A stretch of DNA of 64,000 nt. Source: Candidatus Eiseniibacteriota bacterium (lineage in GTDB: Bacteria; Eisenbacteria; RBG-16-71-46; SZUA-252). Below are positions 49,953 to 59,362 of this stretch, piece by piece (within the stretch, counting starts at the first letter, position 1; every line of letters begins with the position of its first letter). The translations under genes were made by a program, and so were the position numbers. The notes beneath the pieces are model-generated. The model saw nothing but the letters and a program-made list of their open reading frames with translations, was not told where the DNA came from and did not search any database. The stretch lies in the NCBI GenBank assembly GCA_963703225.1, contig OY969801.1:640001-704000 (forward strand), in the 5' to 3' direction.

Positions 49953-51170
49953 TCAGTCTACATGGGGGTTCCGGCTCCAGCCATCCCGAATCCGACTCAT
50001 GGCTTCCGCCAGCACCTCGGGCTCCGTCAGGAGGCTGACGACGGCGTCCTCCTCGCAGGGGAGCTCGTAGAATTCCGCAGGGTGAAGGAGCACGTCGCGC
50101 GATTCGAGAGCCCACTCCGCCGGATTCATCGCGCCGGCTCCCGCATCTCGAGGCGAAAAGCGAAGCACCGCGCTCCAGCCTCCCTCCGCGGCCAGGAGCG
50201 CGAAGCCCGCGCGGGGCGCGGCCGAGGCGAGCGCGGCCAGATTCGCCGCGATCCGCCCGGAAACGGCGGCCAGGTACGGAGCCCGCTCCTCGAGAAATCG
50301 TGGAAGCGCGAGCTGCGCCGGGGTTCCGACCGACAGGTAGAGGTCCGCGATCCACTCCAGTCCCAAGAGCGCCTCTCGAGCCAAATCCCCCGGCCCGGCC
50401 ACCACGATCCATCCCACCTTCATCTGGGGAAGGCCGCAGAGCTTGGAGATCCCGTTGAGGACAAAGGTCAGGGCTCGCCGCCGCCCAATCCAACTGGGAA
50501 GCGGGACCAGGGCGGGAGTCCACGGGAAATCTCCAAAGACCTCGTCCGCGATGATCGCGATGCGACGCTCCTCGCAGAGCGACTCGACCCACTCCCGCTC
50601 GGCCTGCGCGAGACAGGTGCCCGTGGGGTTGTTCGGCTCGACGAGCACGATGGCCCTCGTCCGCGGCTGGAGCAACGCTTCCAGGGAATCGAGATCGAGG
50701 GCCCATCGATCGCCGTAGGCGAGTCGATACTCTCGCAGCCGGACCGATTCGAGCCGCGCGAGTGGCTCGAGGAGCGGATAGCTCGGCCTTGGAACAAGGA
50801 CCTCGTCGCCCGGCTCGCAGAGGAGTCGAAACAGGTGCGCGTAGGCCTCGCTTGTGCTCGCCGTGAGAACGATTCGGGATGGATCGACCGCGCCCGATCT
50901 CACGCCCCCGCCGCGGGACTCGCAATAGGAGGCGATGGCCTCGCGTGCCGCGACACTCCCCCGTGGATCGGGATCGTAGAAAGCGACCCCGGGATCGGAG
51001 AGCAGCGCGAGCTGACGCGGGCTGGGGCCAGGAAGACCCGCGCGCGTCGGGTTCGTCCGCGTGAGGTCGAGGATGCGGACTCCCTCTCGCCGCTTGCGCG
51101 TGAGGATGCTCTGGAGCGAATTGGGAGCGTAGTCGCGCGGAACGCGGCTCGAGAGCTCCCGGCGTTCCAT
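49953..51170 (-). CDS. PLP-dependent aminotransferase class I/II
   Basis: DLTRTNPT, PNNPTG, IADEVF, NGISKLCGLP (PLP Lys). Confidence 0.93.
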   Translation of the reverse strand: MERRELSSRVPRDYAPNSLQSILTRKRREGVRILDLTRTNPTRAGLPGPSPRQLALLSDPGVAFYDPDPRGSVAAREAIASYCESRGGGVRSGAVDPSRIVLTASTSEAYAHLFRLLCEPGDEVLVPRPSYPLLEPLARLESVRLREYRLAYGDRWALDLDSLEALLQPRTRAIVLVEPNNPTGTCLAQAEREWVESLCEERRIAIIADEVFGDFPWTPALVPLPSWIGRRRALTFVLNGISKLCGLPQMKVGWIVVAGPGDLAREALLGLEWIADLYLSVGTPAQLALPRFLEERAPYLAAVSGRIAANLAALASAAPRAGFALLAAEGGWSAVLRFSPRDAGAGAMNPAEWALESRDVLLHPAEFYELPCEEDAVVSLLTEPEVLAEAMSRIRDGWSRNPHVD

Positions 51171-51195
51171 CAGGCTCGAGCCCGGGGCGAAACGG

Positions 51196-51549
51196 CTATT
51201 CCGTCTTGCGCTCCCGCGTCGCGGCGTTCCAGACCGTGTTCACCGCGGCGAGGACGAGCGCCGCGAGCAGCGCGGGCCAAAAGCCGTTGATGCTGAATCC
51301 GGGAACGATGAACGCGACCAGGAGCAGCATGACCGCGTTCACCACGAACGAGAAGAGGCCGAAGGTCACGAGGATCAAGGGAAGGGTCAGGAACTTGAGA
51401 ACGATGCCCATCGTCGCGTTGATGAGGCCGAGGAGAAGGGCCGCGATGATCGCGACGCCCCAATTCTGCACGTAGAACCCCGGAACGTTGTGGGAGAGCA
51501 CGAGAAACGTGCCGACGATGATGGCGAAATGCAAGAGGGCCTTGACCAT
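51196..51549 (-). CDS. YvlD-like 4-TM 'phage holin family' membrane protein
   Basis: LTLPLILVTFGLFSFVVNA, VPGFSINGFWPALLAA. Confidence 0.9.
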   Translation of the reverse strand: MVKALLHFAIIVGTFLVLSHNVPGFYVQNWGVAIIAALLLGLINATMGIVLKFLTLPLILVTFGLFSFVVNAVMLLLVAFIVPGFSINGFWPALLAALVLAAVNTVWNAATRERKTE

Positions 51550-51776
51550 GGATACCCCCGTGGAGAAGTGGCAGGGTCGATGCTCCGAACGGACGTGCTG
51601 GACGGTACCACGGAAAGTTACCTCTTGCATCGGCGGAAGAGCGGGAGTTACGTTGGTACGGCTCCAACAGGTTAGGGGCCCGGCGCGTTCGCCCGCGCCG
51701 GAGTACGCACGGTTGTGTTTTCACCCCTTCGTCCTCCCGCAGCAGGGGAAGCTCTCCGCCGCAAAGGGAGAGCTCC

Positions 51777-51974
51777 ATGGATCTCAAGCACTGGTATCGA
51801 TGCACCATCTGCGGCTACATGTACACCCCGCAGCAGGTTCAAGCCTTGGTCCAGCTGCTCACGTCCCGATCGGGCAACACGGCCGCGGTCATTGAGCCGA
51901 TCCCATGCCGGAAGAAGGGCTGTGACGGCATCCTGGTACTCACCGACGACAAGTACCGCGACGCGCGTCCCTGA
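51777..51974 (+). CDS. small zinc-ribbon-like protein (65 aa)
   Basis: YRCTICG...PCRKKGCDG; GGGAGAG RBS. Confidence 0.7.
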   Translation: MDLKHWYRCTICGYMYTPQQVQALVQLLTSRSGNTAAVIEPIPCRKKGCDGILVLTDDKYRDARP

Positions 51975-52104
51975 AATCCCCCTGATGGGTGGGTAAAGCG
52001 GGGCGAACCGCCCACCCTCGGCCAAATCCGCTTGTCCCGCGCCGCGCGACCGGCATATACTGCCCGGCTCGCAAAAAATCGCGGAGTCACCCGAAACGCC
52101 TAGC

Positions 52105-52797
52105 GTGAATTCACTTTTGGAGCGGCTGAGCCGCGTCCGGGATCGGATCGCTGCTGCGGCCGAGCGGGCGGGCAGATCCCCCGCATCGGTCAGGCTCCTC
52201 GTCGTGACCAAAGGCGTTCCCGCCGTCATCGGTGCTCGAGGCCATGGCGCTGGGACTCGGCGAATTCGGCGAGAGCCGCGTGCAGGAGGCCGAGGGGAAG
52301 ATCGCCGCGGTGGGGGAGGGCGCGCGTTGGCATCTCGTGGGGCACCTTCAGACCAACAAGGCTCAGCGCGCGGTCCAGCTCTTCGAGGCGATCCACTCGG
52401 TCGATTCGGAGCGCCTCGCGGGGGAACTGGCCAAGCGGGCCACCGCTGCTGGGGCGCGCACCGCTTTGCTACGTCGAGGTGAATACGTCGGGCGACGTCG
52501 GCAAGTTCGGCGTCGAACCCTCCGCCGCCATCTCGCTGTTCAGCCGGGTGCGGGCGCTTCCCCCGCTTCGGCCCGCGGGGTTCATGACGATCGGCCCGCT
52601 CGCCAAGGGAGCGGCGGGTGCTCGGGCGTCGTTCCGCGCCCTGGCCGCGCTTGCGGGATGAGGCGCTCCGGGCGGGAGCCCGGGAGGAAGAATGCGGCCT
52701 CTCGATGGGGATGTCGGACGACTTCGAGGTCGCCGTCGAGGAGGGCGCCACGATCGTGCGGATCGGAAGCGCGCTTTTAGGCGAGCGACCGGCGTGA
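52105..52797 (+). CDS. yggS: PLP homeostasis protein YggS/PLPBP, several frameshifts
   Basis: [63 protein letters not shown] across three frames. Confidence 0.92.
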
Positions 52798-52822
52798 ACT
52801 CCCGCCGTTTGGGCCGGGATCG

Positions 52823-53086
52823 GTGAGGTTTCAGATTCACGTCACGCCGCGCCGCCCGGATGAGGTGTCGGCGAGTCGAGCCGAGGGTGTCGTCCGAGTC
52901 CGAGTGAACGCCGCGCCCGAAGACGGCGAGGCGAACGAGGCGGTGCTGGCGCTTCTTCGCCGGCGGCTCGGCCTGCCGGCCGGTGCGCTCCGGATCGTGG
53001 GCGGGGCCACCTCGAGGTGGAAGTGGGTCGAGGCAGACGGCCTATCCGAGGAGGAACTCTGGCGCCGGTTGGAAGCGCGGGAATGA
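52823..53086 (+). CDS. DUF167/YggU family protein
   Basis: VTPR...VRVNAAPEDGEANEA...GATSRWK. Confidence 0.88.
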   Translation: MRFQIHVTPRRPDEVSASRAEGVVRVRVNAAPEDGEANEAVLALLRRRLGLPAGALRIVGGATSRWKWVEADGLSEEELWRRLEARE

Positions 53087-53950
53087 CCGCCGATCCAGTC
53101 GCTGGGTCGCAGCTGGTCGGGGCGATCGAAGAAGCGCAAGACCGCGATCCTGGGCGCGACGCCGCTCCGGCCCGAGGTCGGCATCGTCCTGGGGACCGGC
53201 CTCGGCCGGTTCGCGGATGCGATGACGCGCCCGGCCGTCATTCCCTATGGCGACATTCCGCACTTTCCGCGCACCTCGGTGGAGAGCCACGCCGGCGAGC
53301 TCCTGCTGGGCGACCTGGGCGGGAGGCCGACGGCGGTCATGAACGGCCGAGCGCATTACTACGAAGGCTACACCATGCAGCAGGTGACCTTTCCGGTCCG
53401 CGTGCTTCGCGCGCTCGGGGTTCATACCTTGATCGTCACGAACGCCGCGGGCGGAATGAACCCGCTCTACGAGGCGGGGGACATCGCGATGGTGGTCGAT
53501 CACATCAACCTGATGGGCGACAACCCTCTCGTCGGGCCGAACGAGGAGCGGCTCGGCCCGCGGTTTCCGGACATGTCGGAGCCGTACGATCGATCGCTCC
53601 AAGCGCTCGCGCGCGAGGTGGCCCTGGACGAGAAGATCCGGCTCCGCGAGGGCGTTCTCGCCGGTGTCGCCGGTCCCAATCTGGAGACCCGGGCCGAATA
53701 CCGGTTCCTCCGCTGGGCGGGCGCCGATCTCGTGAGCATGTCGCTCGTCCCCGAAGCGATCGTGGCCGCCCATTCGGGTCTTCGACTCCTGGCCTTCGCG
53801 GTCGTGACCGACCTCTGCCTTCCCGACGCGCTCGAGGCGATCGATGTTCCGAAGATCCTCGCCCACGCGGCCGCGGCGGAGCCGCACCTCACGCGTCTGG
53901 TCACACGGATCGTGAGCCGACTCCCGCGGGGAGAGGGTGGCCCCACGTGA
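53083..53950 (+). CDS. punA: purine-nucleoside phosphorylase (trimeric type), frameshift near 53115
   Basis: IPYGDIPHFP, GRAHYYEG, TNAAGG, DHINL, GPNLET, SMSLVPE. Confidence 0.92.
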
Positions 53951-56900
53951 GCGTCAAGGCCGACCGCTTTCTTCCCGTTTCGACCAAGCTCGACTTTCCG
54001 ACCTCCGAGGCGAAGATCCTCGAGTTCTGGAAGGAGATTCGCGCCTTCGAGGAAGGGCTGAAGCGCCGCGAGGGGGCGCCGCCGTTCATCTTCTACGAAG
54101 GGCCGCCCACGGCGAACGGGCTTCCCGGCGTCCACCACGTCATCTCGCGGACGATCAAGGACGTCGTCTGCCGCTATCAATCGATGCGCGGACGCTACGT
54201 GGCGCGCAAAGGGGGTTGGGACACCCACGGCCTGCCGGTCGAGATCGAGGTCGAGCGGGAGCTCAAGATCAGCGGCAAGGACCAGATCGAGAAGTTCGGC
54301 ATCGCCGAGTTCAACGCGCGCTGCCGACAGAGCGTGCTCCGCTACGAGAACGAGTGGCGCCGCAACACCGAGCGGATCGGTTTCTGGCTCGACATGGACC
54401 ATCCCTACTTCACGTTCGCGAACGAGTACATCGAGACGGTCTGGTGGCTCCTCAAGCAGATCCGGGACCGAGGCCTCCTCTACCAGGGGCACAAGATCGT
54501 CCCCTATTGCCCGCGGTGCGGCACGCCGCTCTCGAGCCACGAGGTGAGCCAGGGGTACGAGGACGTGACGGAGCCGTCGGTGACGGTCAAGTTCCAGCTC
54601 GTGGACGAGAAGGGGGCGTACGTGCTCGCGTGGACCACCACGCCGTGGACGCTCCCCGGAAACGTCGCGCTCGCCGTCGGGGCGATCTCGACTACGTCCG
54701 GGTGCGCCAGACGCGTGGAGGGCCGCGAGGAGCGCTACTACCTCGCGCGCGCGCGGCTGGCGCAGCTCGAGGGCGAGTACCAGATCGAACGCGAGCTGAA
54801 GGGTCGGGATCTGGTCGGAATGCGGTATCGCCCTCTCTTCGACTTCATGGACCTGGGTGGATCGACGGGGAAGAAGGCGTACTACATCGCGGACGCCGAC
54901 TTCGTGACCACGGAGGACGGGACCGGTGTGGTCCACACGGCGGTCATGTACGGCGAGGACGACTATCAGCTGGGCAAGCGGCTCGATCTGCCGCAGCACC
55001 ACACCGTCGATCCGCAGGGGCGGTTCACGGCAGAGGTGAAGCCCTGGGCCGGCCTCCACGTGAAGGATGCGGAGCCGCAGATCCGCCAATGGCTCAAGCA
55101 GCACGGCGCGCTCTACAAGGAGGAGATGACCACCCACGCCTATCCGTTCTGCTGGCGCTGCGAGTCGCCGCTTCTCTACTACGCTTGGAAGACCTGGTAC
55201 ATCGCGACCACCACGATCCGCGACCAGCTCCTCGCCGCGCACGCCACGGTCGAGTGGCACCCCGGCGACATCGGCGCCAACCGCTTCGGCAACTGGCTCG
55301 AGAACAACGTCGACTGGGCGCTATCGCGGAACCGCTACTGGGGAACCCCGCTCAACATCTGGCGCTGCGAGAAGTGCGGGGCCGACCGCTGCGTCGGAAG
55401 CATCGCGGAGCTTTCGGAGGGAGCCGGCGTGCCCGAGCCGCTCGACCTCCACCGTCCCTACGTCGATCAGGTCACCTTCCGATGCGGCGAGTGCGGCGGC
55501 ACGCAGCGGCGCGTGCCCGAGGTCATCGACGTCTGGTTCGATTCGGGCGCGATGCCCTTCGCGCAGTGGCACTACCCGTTCGAGAACGAGAAGCGGTTCG
55601 ACAGTCTCTTTCCGGCCGACTTCGTCTCCGAGGGGATGGACCAGACCCGCGGGTGGTTTTACACGCTGATGGCGATCTCCGTCGCGGTCAAAGGGCGTGC
55701 GCCCTATCGCCACGTTCTCCCCATCGAGCTCATCCTGGACAAGCAGGGCAAGAAGATGAGCAAGTCCAAGGGGAACACCGTCGACCCCAACGCGATTCTC
55801 GACCAGCGCGGCGCCGACGCGCTCCGGTTTTACCTGCTCGCGACGAGCCCCCCGTGGATGCCGACCCGATTCGACGCCGACGGCGCGACCGAGGTGACCA
55901 AGAAACTCCTCGGGACGCTGAAGAACGTCGCCCAGTTCTTCGGGCTCTACGCGAACATCGACGACTACGACCCGGCGCGACGCGAGCCCTCGAACCCCGC
56001 GCTGCTCGATCGCTGGATTCTGTCGAGGCTCCACTCGCTCACCGCCTCCTGCCGCGAGGCGCTCGACGCCTACGACCTGACGCGCGCCGCGCGGCAGATC
56101 CAGGACTTCGTTCTCGAGGAGCTATCCAACTGGTACGTCCGCAGGTCGCGCCGACGCTTCTGGAAAGCCGGCGACGTGGCCGACAAGCGGGCCGCCTACG
56201 ACGCGCTCTGGGAGTGCCTGCGCGTCGTGACGCGGCTCCTGGCTCCCTACACGCCCTTCCTCAGCGAGGAGCTCCACCAGCAGGTGGTCCGGCCGGGCGC
56301 GCGCCAAGAGCCCGCCAGCATTCACTGGTGCGACTACCCCGAAGCCGACCGGGCGAAGATCGACGAATCGCTGGAACGCTCGATGGAGCTCCTGCTCCGC
56401 GTGGTGAACATGGCGCGGGCGGCGAGGAACACCTCCTCGCTTCGGGTGCGCCAGCCGCTCCGGCGCCTGGCGGTCGCGGGGCTCAAGGAGCGGGAGGCTC
56501 GGGATCTAACGGCGCTGGTCGATCTTGTAAAGGACGAGCTGAACGTGAAGGAGCTGGTGTTCCTTCCCGACCGGGCCGCCCTCCTCTCGTTGGGGGTGAA
56601 GCCAAACTTCGCCGTCCTTGGCAAGAAGGTCGGGCCCGCCATGAAGGAGATCGCGGCGAAGATCCAGGAAGCGCCCCCCGACGAGGTTCGCGCCGCCATT
56701 CTTGCTGGGGGCTGGGACGTCGAGGCGGCGGGTCAGCGGTACCGGCTGACCGACGAGGACGTGATCATCCAGGAGGCGTCGCGGGCGCCCTGGGTGGCTC
56801 AGGGGGACGGCTCGATCGCGGTGGCGGTCGATCCCACGCTCGACGAAGAGCTGCGCACGGAGGGGCTCGTCCGCGAGTTCGCCCACCGGATCCAGGCTCT

Positions 56901-57123
56901 GCGAAAGGGCGCCGAATTCGACGTGACCGATCGGATCCGGCTTTACTGGGAGCTTTCGCCCGGACTTTCCAAGGCCTGCGAGCGTCACGAAGGTTACATT
57001 CGAGAAGAAGTGCTGGCGGAAGAGCTCGTGCCGCGCGCTTCGGGAGGCGACGTCGTCGAAGAGTGGACCTTCGACGGGGAGCGGGCCCGGGTCGGCATCG
57101 AGCGCGTTCGAAAAGGAGGATGA
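53947..57123 (+). CDS. ileS: isoleucine--tRNA ligase (type 2)
   Basis: FYEGPPTANGLPGVHH, GWDTHGLP, WTTTPWTLP, SRNRYWGTP, DQTRGWF, KMSKS. Confidence 0.98.
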   Translation: MSVKADRFLPVSTKLDFPTSEAKILEFWKEIRAFEEGLKRREGAPPFIFYEGPPTANGLPGVHHVISRTIKDVVCRYQSMRGRYVARKGGWDTHGLPVEIEVERELKISGKDQIEKFGIAEFNARCRQSVLRYENEWRRNTERIGFWLDMDHPYFTFANEYIETVWWLLKQIRDRGLLYQGHKIVPYCPRCGTPLSSHEVSQGYEDVTEPSVTVKFQLVDEKGAYVLAWTTTPWTLPGNVALAVGAISTTSGCARRVEGREERYYLARARLAQLEGEYQIERELKGRDLVGMRYRPLFDFMDLGGSTGKKAYYIADADFVTTEDGTGVVHTAVMYGEDDYQLGKRLDLPQHHTVDPQGRFTAEVKPWAGLHVKDAEPQIRQWLKQHGALYKEEMTTHAYPFCWRCESPLLYYAWKTWYIATTTIRDQLLAAHATVEWHPGDIGANRFGNWLENNVDWALSRNRYWGTPLNIWRCEKCGADRCVGSIAELSEGAGVPEPLDLHRPYVDQVTFRCGECGGTQRRVPEVIDVWFDSGAMPFAQWHYPFENEKRFDSLFPADFVSEGMDQTRGWFYTLMAISVAVKGRAPYRHVLPIELILDKQGKKMSKSKGNTVDPNAILDQRGADALRFYLLATSPPWMPTRFDADGATEVTKKLLGTLKNVAQFFGLYANIDDYDPARREPSNPALLDRWILSRLHSLTASCREALDAYDLTRAARQIQDFVLEELSNWYVRRSRRRFWKAGDVADKRAAYDALWECLRVVTRLLAPYTPFLSEELHQQVVRPGARQEPASIHWCDYPEADRAKIDESLERSMELLLRVVNMARAARNTSSLRVRQPLRRLAVAGLKEREARDLTALVDLVKDELNVKELVFLPDRAALLSLGVKPNFAVLGKKVGPAMKEIAAKIQEAPPDEVRAAILAGGWDVEAAGQRYRLTDEDVIIQEASRAPWVAQGDGSIAVAVDPTLDEELRTEGLVREFAHRIQALRKGAEFDVTDRIRLYWELSPGLSKACERHEGYIREEVLAEELVPRASGGDVVEEWTFDGERARVGIERVRKGG

Positions 57124-57515
57124 CGTTGCTCACCAAGAAGGATCTCAAGCACTTCGAAGAGCGTCTGCTGGAAGAGCGGCGCAAGCTCCTGGGCCAGCTC
57201 GGTTACCTCGAGAAGACCATGACGCAGACTCAACGGGACGCCGGCGGGGACCTTTCGGCTTACTCCTTCCACATGGCCGACATGGGCACCGACGCGATGG
57301 AGCGCGAGAAAGCGTTCCTCTTCGCCTCCGCCGAAGGTCGGCTGCTCTACAACGTGGACCAGGCGCTCCGCCGTCTCTATCGGAGCGAGTACGGCGTATG
57401 CGAGGTCTGCGGCAAGGAGATTGGCAAGGCAAGGCTCGATGCGATCCCCTTCGCGGGGCTCTGCGTTGCTTGCCAGGAGAAGCAGGAAAAGGAAACGAAC
57501 ACGACCCGCGGATGA
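57120..57515 (+). CDS. TraR/DksA C4-type zinc finger protein
   Basis: HMADMGTD coiled-coil tip, YGVCEVC...LCVAC; AGGAGG RBS. Confidence 0.93.
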   Translation: MTLLTKKDLKHFEERLLEERRKLLGQLGYLEKTMTQTQRDAGGDLSAYSFHMADMGTDAMEREKAFLFASAEGRLLYNVDQALRRLYRSEYGVCEVCGKEIGKARLDAIPFAGLCVACQEKQEKETNTTRG

Positions 57516-58021
57516 CCCCTCGGGCCGGAGTCTTCGCCGCGTGCGCGGCGACCGTGATCGCGATCGATCAGATCACCAAGGCGATCGCCTCGTCCCGCCT
57601 CCTCGTGGGGCTGCCCGTGCCATTGTTCGGGGATGCGGTCCGGTTCACGCTGGTTCATAACACCGGCGCGGCGTTCGGCCTTTTCCCGGGCAGCCGCGTG
57701 CCGTTCATCGTGATCTCCATCCTGGCGATCGTGGTCGTCATCTACCTTTTTCTCCGCGAAACCTACCGGAGCCTGGCCAACCGAATTCTCCTCGGGTGTA
57801 TCCTCGGCGGCGCGATCGGCAATCTGGTGGACCGAGTGCGCCTGGGATGGGTCGTCGATTTCATCGACATGGGCTTCGGCTCGCTGCGTTGGCCCGTGTT
57901 CAACGTTGCCGACAGCGCCGTCACGCTGGGGGTCATCTTCCTTGCCTGGAATCTCGCCCGAGCGGGGCGACCCGCTCCCGATTCCGAAGACGCACACGGT
58001 TCCAGCCTCGCGAGCGGGTGA
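57512..58021 (+). CDS. lspA: lipoprotein signal peptidase (SPase II)
   Basis: DQITK, NTGAAFG, GAIGNLVDR, VVDFID, FNVAD. Confidence 0.97.
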   Translation: MTPRAGVFAACAATVIAIDQITKAIASSRLLVGLPVPLFGDAVRFTLVHNTGAAFGLFPGSRVPFIVISILAIVVVIYLFLRETYRSLANRILLGCILGGAIGNLVDRVRLGWVVDFIDMGFGSLRWPVFNVADSAVTLGVIFLAWNLARAGRPAPDSEDAHGSSLASG

Positions 58022-58943
58022 GCGGCTCGACCGCTTTCTCGCGGAGGCAGAGCGGTCTCTTTCCCGCTCCGCGGTCCGACAGCTGATCGACTCGGGCCAC
58101 GTGCGTCTCAACGACGCGCCCGCGCGGCCCAGCCGTCGGGTGCGCGCGGGGGACCGCGTGGAGGTGGTGCGCCCGCGGCGCGAGCCCCAGGCGCTCCGTC
58201 CCGAGCCCATCCCGCTCGAGGTGGTCTACGAGGACGAGGCGCTCGCGGTGATCGCGAAGCCCGCGGGAATGGTCGTCCACCCCGCCGTGGGGCATCGAAG
58301 CGGGACGCTGGTCCACGCGCTCCTCCACCGCTACGGCGTCCTCCCCGATGGCAATGGGGCCGAGCGGGCGGGGATCGTCCATCGCCTGGACAAGGGGACT
58401 TCGGGTCTTCTCTTGGTCGCGCGGTCCGACGAGGCGCATCGAGAGCTGGCACGCCAGATCGAGGCGCGGACGGTACAGCGCGTCTACCGCGCCCTGGTCT
58501 GGGGCCACCCGCGGGAGCGGGAAGGGCGGATCGAGGCGTCCCTCGCGCGAAGTCCCAGGGATCGGAAGAAGATCGCGGTGGTCACCCGGGGGGGAAGGAG
58601 CGCCGCGACGCGCTACCGCGTGGTGCGCGAATACGGCTACCTTTCCGAGATGCTCCTGACCCTCGAGACCGGGCGGACCCACCAGATTCGCGTGCACCTG
58701 GCGCACCGGGGCCACCCTGTCTTCGGCGATCCCGACTACGGCGGGCGCCGCGGCCCGCTCGTCAAGCTCCCACCCGCTCGCCGCGCTCAGGCGGCGCTGC
58801 TCCTGGCCGAGCTGGACCACCAGGCGCTCCACGCGGAGACGATCGGGTTCGTCCACCCCGTCACCGGGCGGCCCCTCGAGTTCACGCAACCGGTGCCGCC
58901 CGATTTCGAAGCGGTGCTCCGCGCGCTCCGATGCGAGTCCTAG
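57942..58943 (+). CDS. rluD: RluA-family 23S rRNA pseudouridine synthase (RluD-like); start uncertain
   Basis: S4 domain RLDRFLA, KPAGMVVHP, HRLDKGTSG, TGRTHQIRVH, LHA. Confidence 0.93.
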   Translation: MPGISPERGDPLPIPKTHTVPASRAGERLDRFLAEAERSLSRSAVRQLIDSGHVRLNDAPARPSRRVRAGDRVEVVRPRREPQALRPEPIPLEVVYEDEALAVIAKPAGMVVHPAVGHRSGTLVHALLHRYGVLPDGNGAERAGIVHRLDKGTSGLLLVARSDEAHRELARQIEARTVQRVYRALVWGHPREREGRIEASLARSPRDRKKIAVVTRGGRSAATRYRVVREYGYLSEMLLTLETGRTHQIRVHLAHRGHPVFGDPDYGGRRGPLVKLPPARRAQAALLLAELDHQALHAETIGFVHPVTGRPLEFTQPVPPDFEAVLRALRCES

Positions 58944-59362
58944 GCGTGGACTTCGGGCTCCGCCGCCTCGGCCTCGCGCTGAGCGACCCGGGGGAGGTGC
59001 TGGCAACCCCGCTCCGTAGCCTCACGGTCACCTCGGTCCGGGAAGCCCCCGAGGCCGTTGCGTCGGTCGCCGCGGAAGTGGGGGCGGCCGCGGTGGTGGT
59101 GGGTGTTCCCCTCGGGCTCGAGGGGGAGGAATCGCGTCCCGAGGTTCGCCGGGTCGAGCGCTTCGCCAAAGCGCTGCGGCGCGAGACGGGACTCCCCGTC
59201 CACTTGGTCGACGAGAGCTTGAGCAGCCGCGAGGCCGAGTCGCGCCCCGCTCGAGAACCTCGACGCGGGGCCCGGATCGACGCGCACGCCGTCGCGGCCG
59301 CCCTCATCCTCCAACGGTGGCTCGATCGGCCGCGGGGTAGCGGGAAGGGGGTGCCGGCGTGA
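58931..59362 (+). CDS. ruvX: YqgF/RuvX nuclease
   Basis: LGVDFGLRRLGLALSD, VGVPL, VDESLSS, IDAHAVAAALILQ. Confidence 0.95.
   Translation: MRVLGVDFGLRRLGLALSDPGEVLATPLRSLTVTSVREAPEAVASVAAEVGAAAVVVGVPLGLEGEESRPEVRRVERFAKALRRETGLPVHLVDESLSSREAESRPAREPRRGARIDAHAVAAALILQRWLDRPRGSGKGVPA

Noticed and set aside
51196..51549. 'Phage holin' as a prophage marker
   Set aside because: YvlD-like family is commonly chromosomal; no endolysin or structural genes nearby
51740..51775. c-di-GMP-I riboswitch suggested by CGCAAAG
   Set aside because: The upstream GCAAAC...GAAA tetraloop stem is not present; kept only as an RBS hairpin
53017..57515. Apparent 1368-aa IleRS and 1192-aa DksA fusion ORFs
   Set aside because: Both are upstream open-frame extensions in GC-rich DNA; the real starts are 53947 and 57120, each overlapping the previous stop
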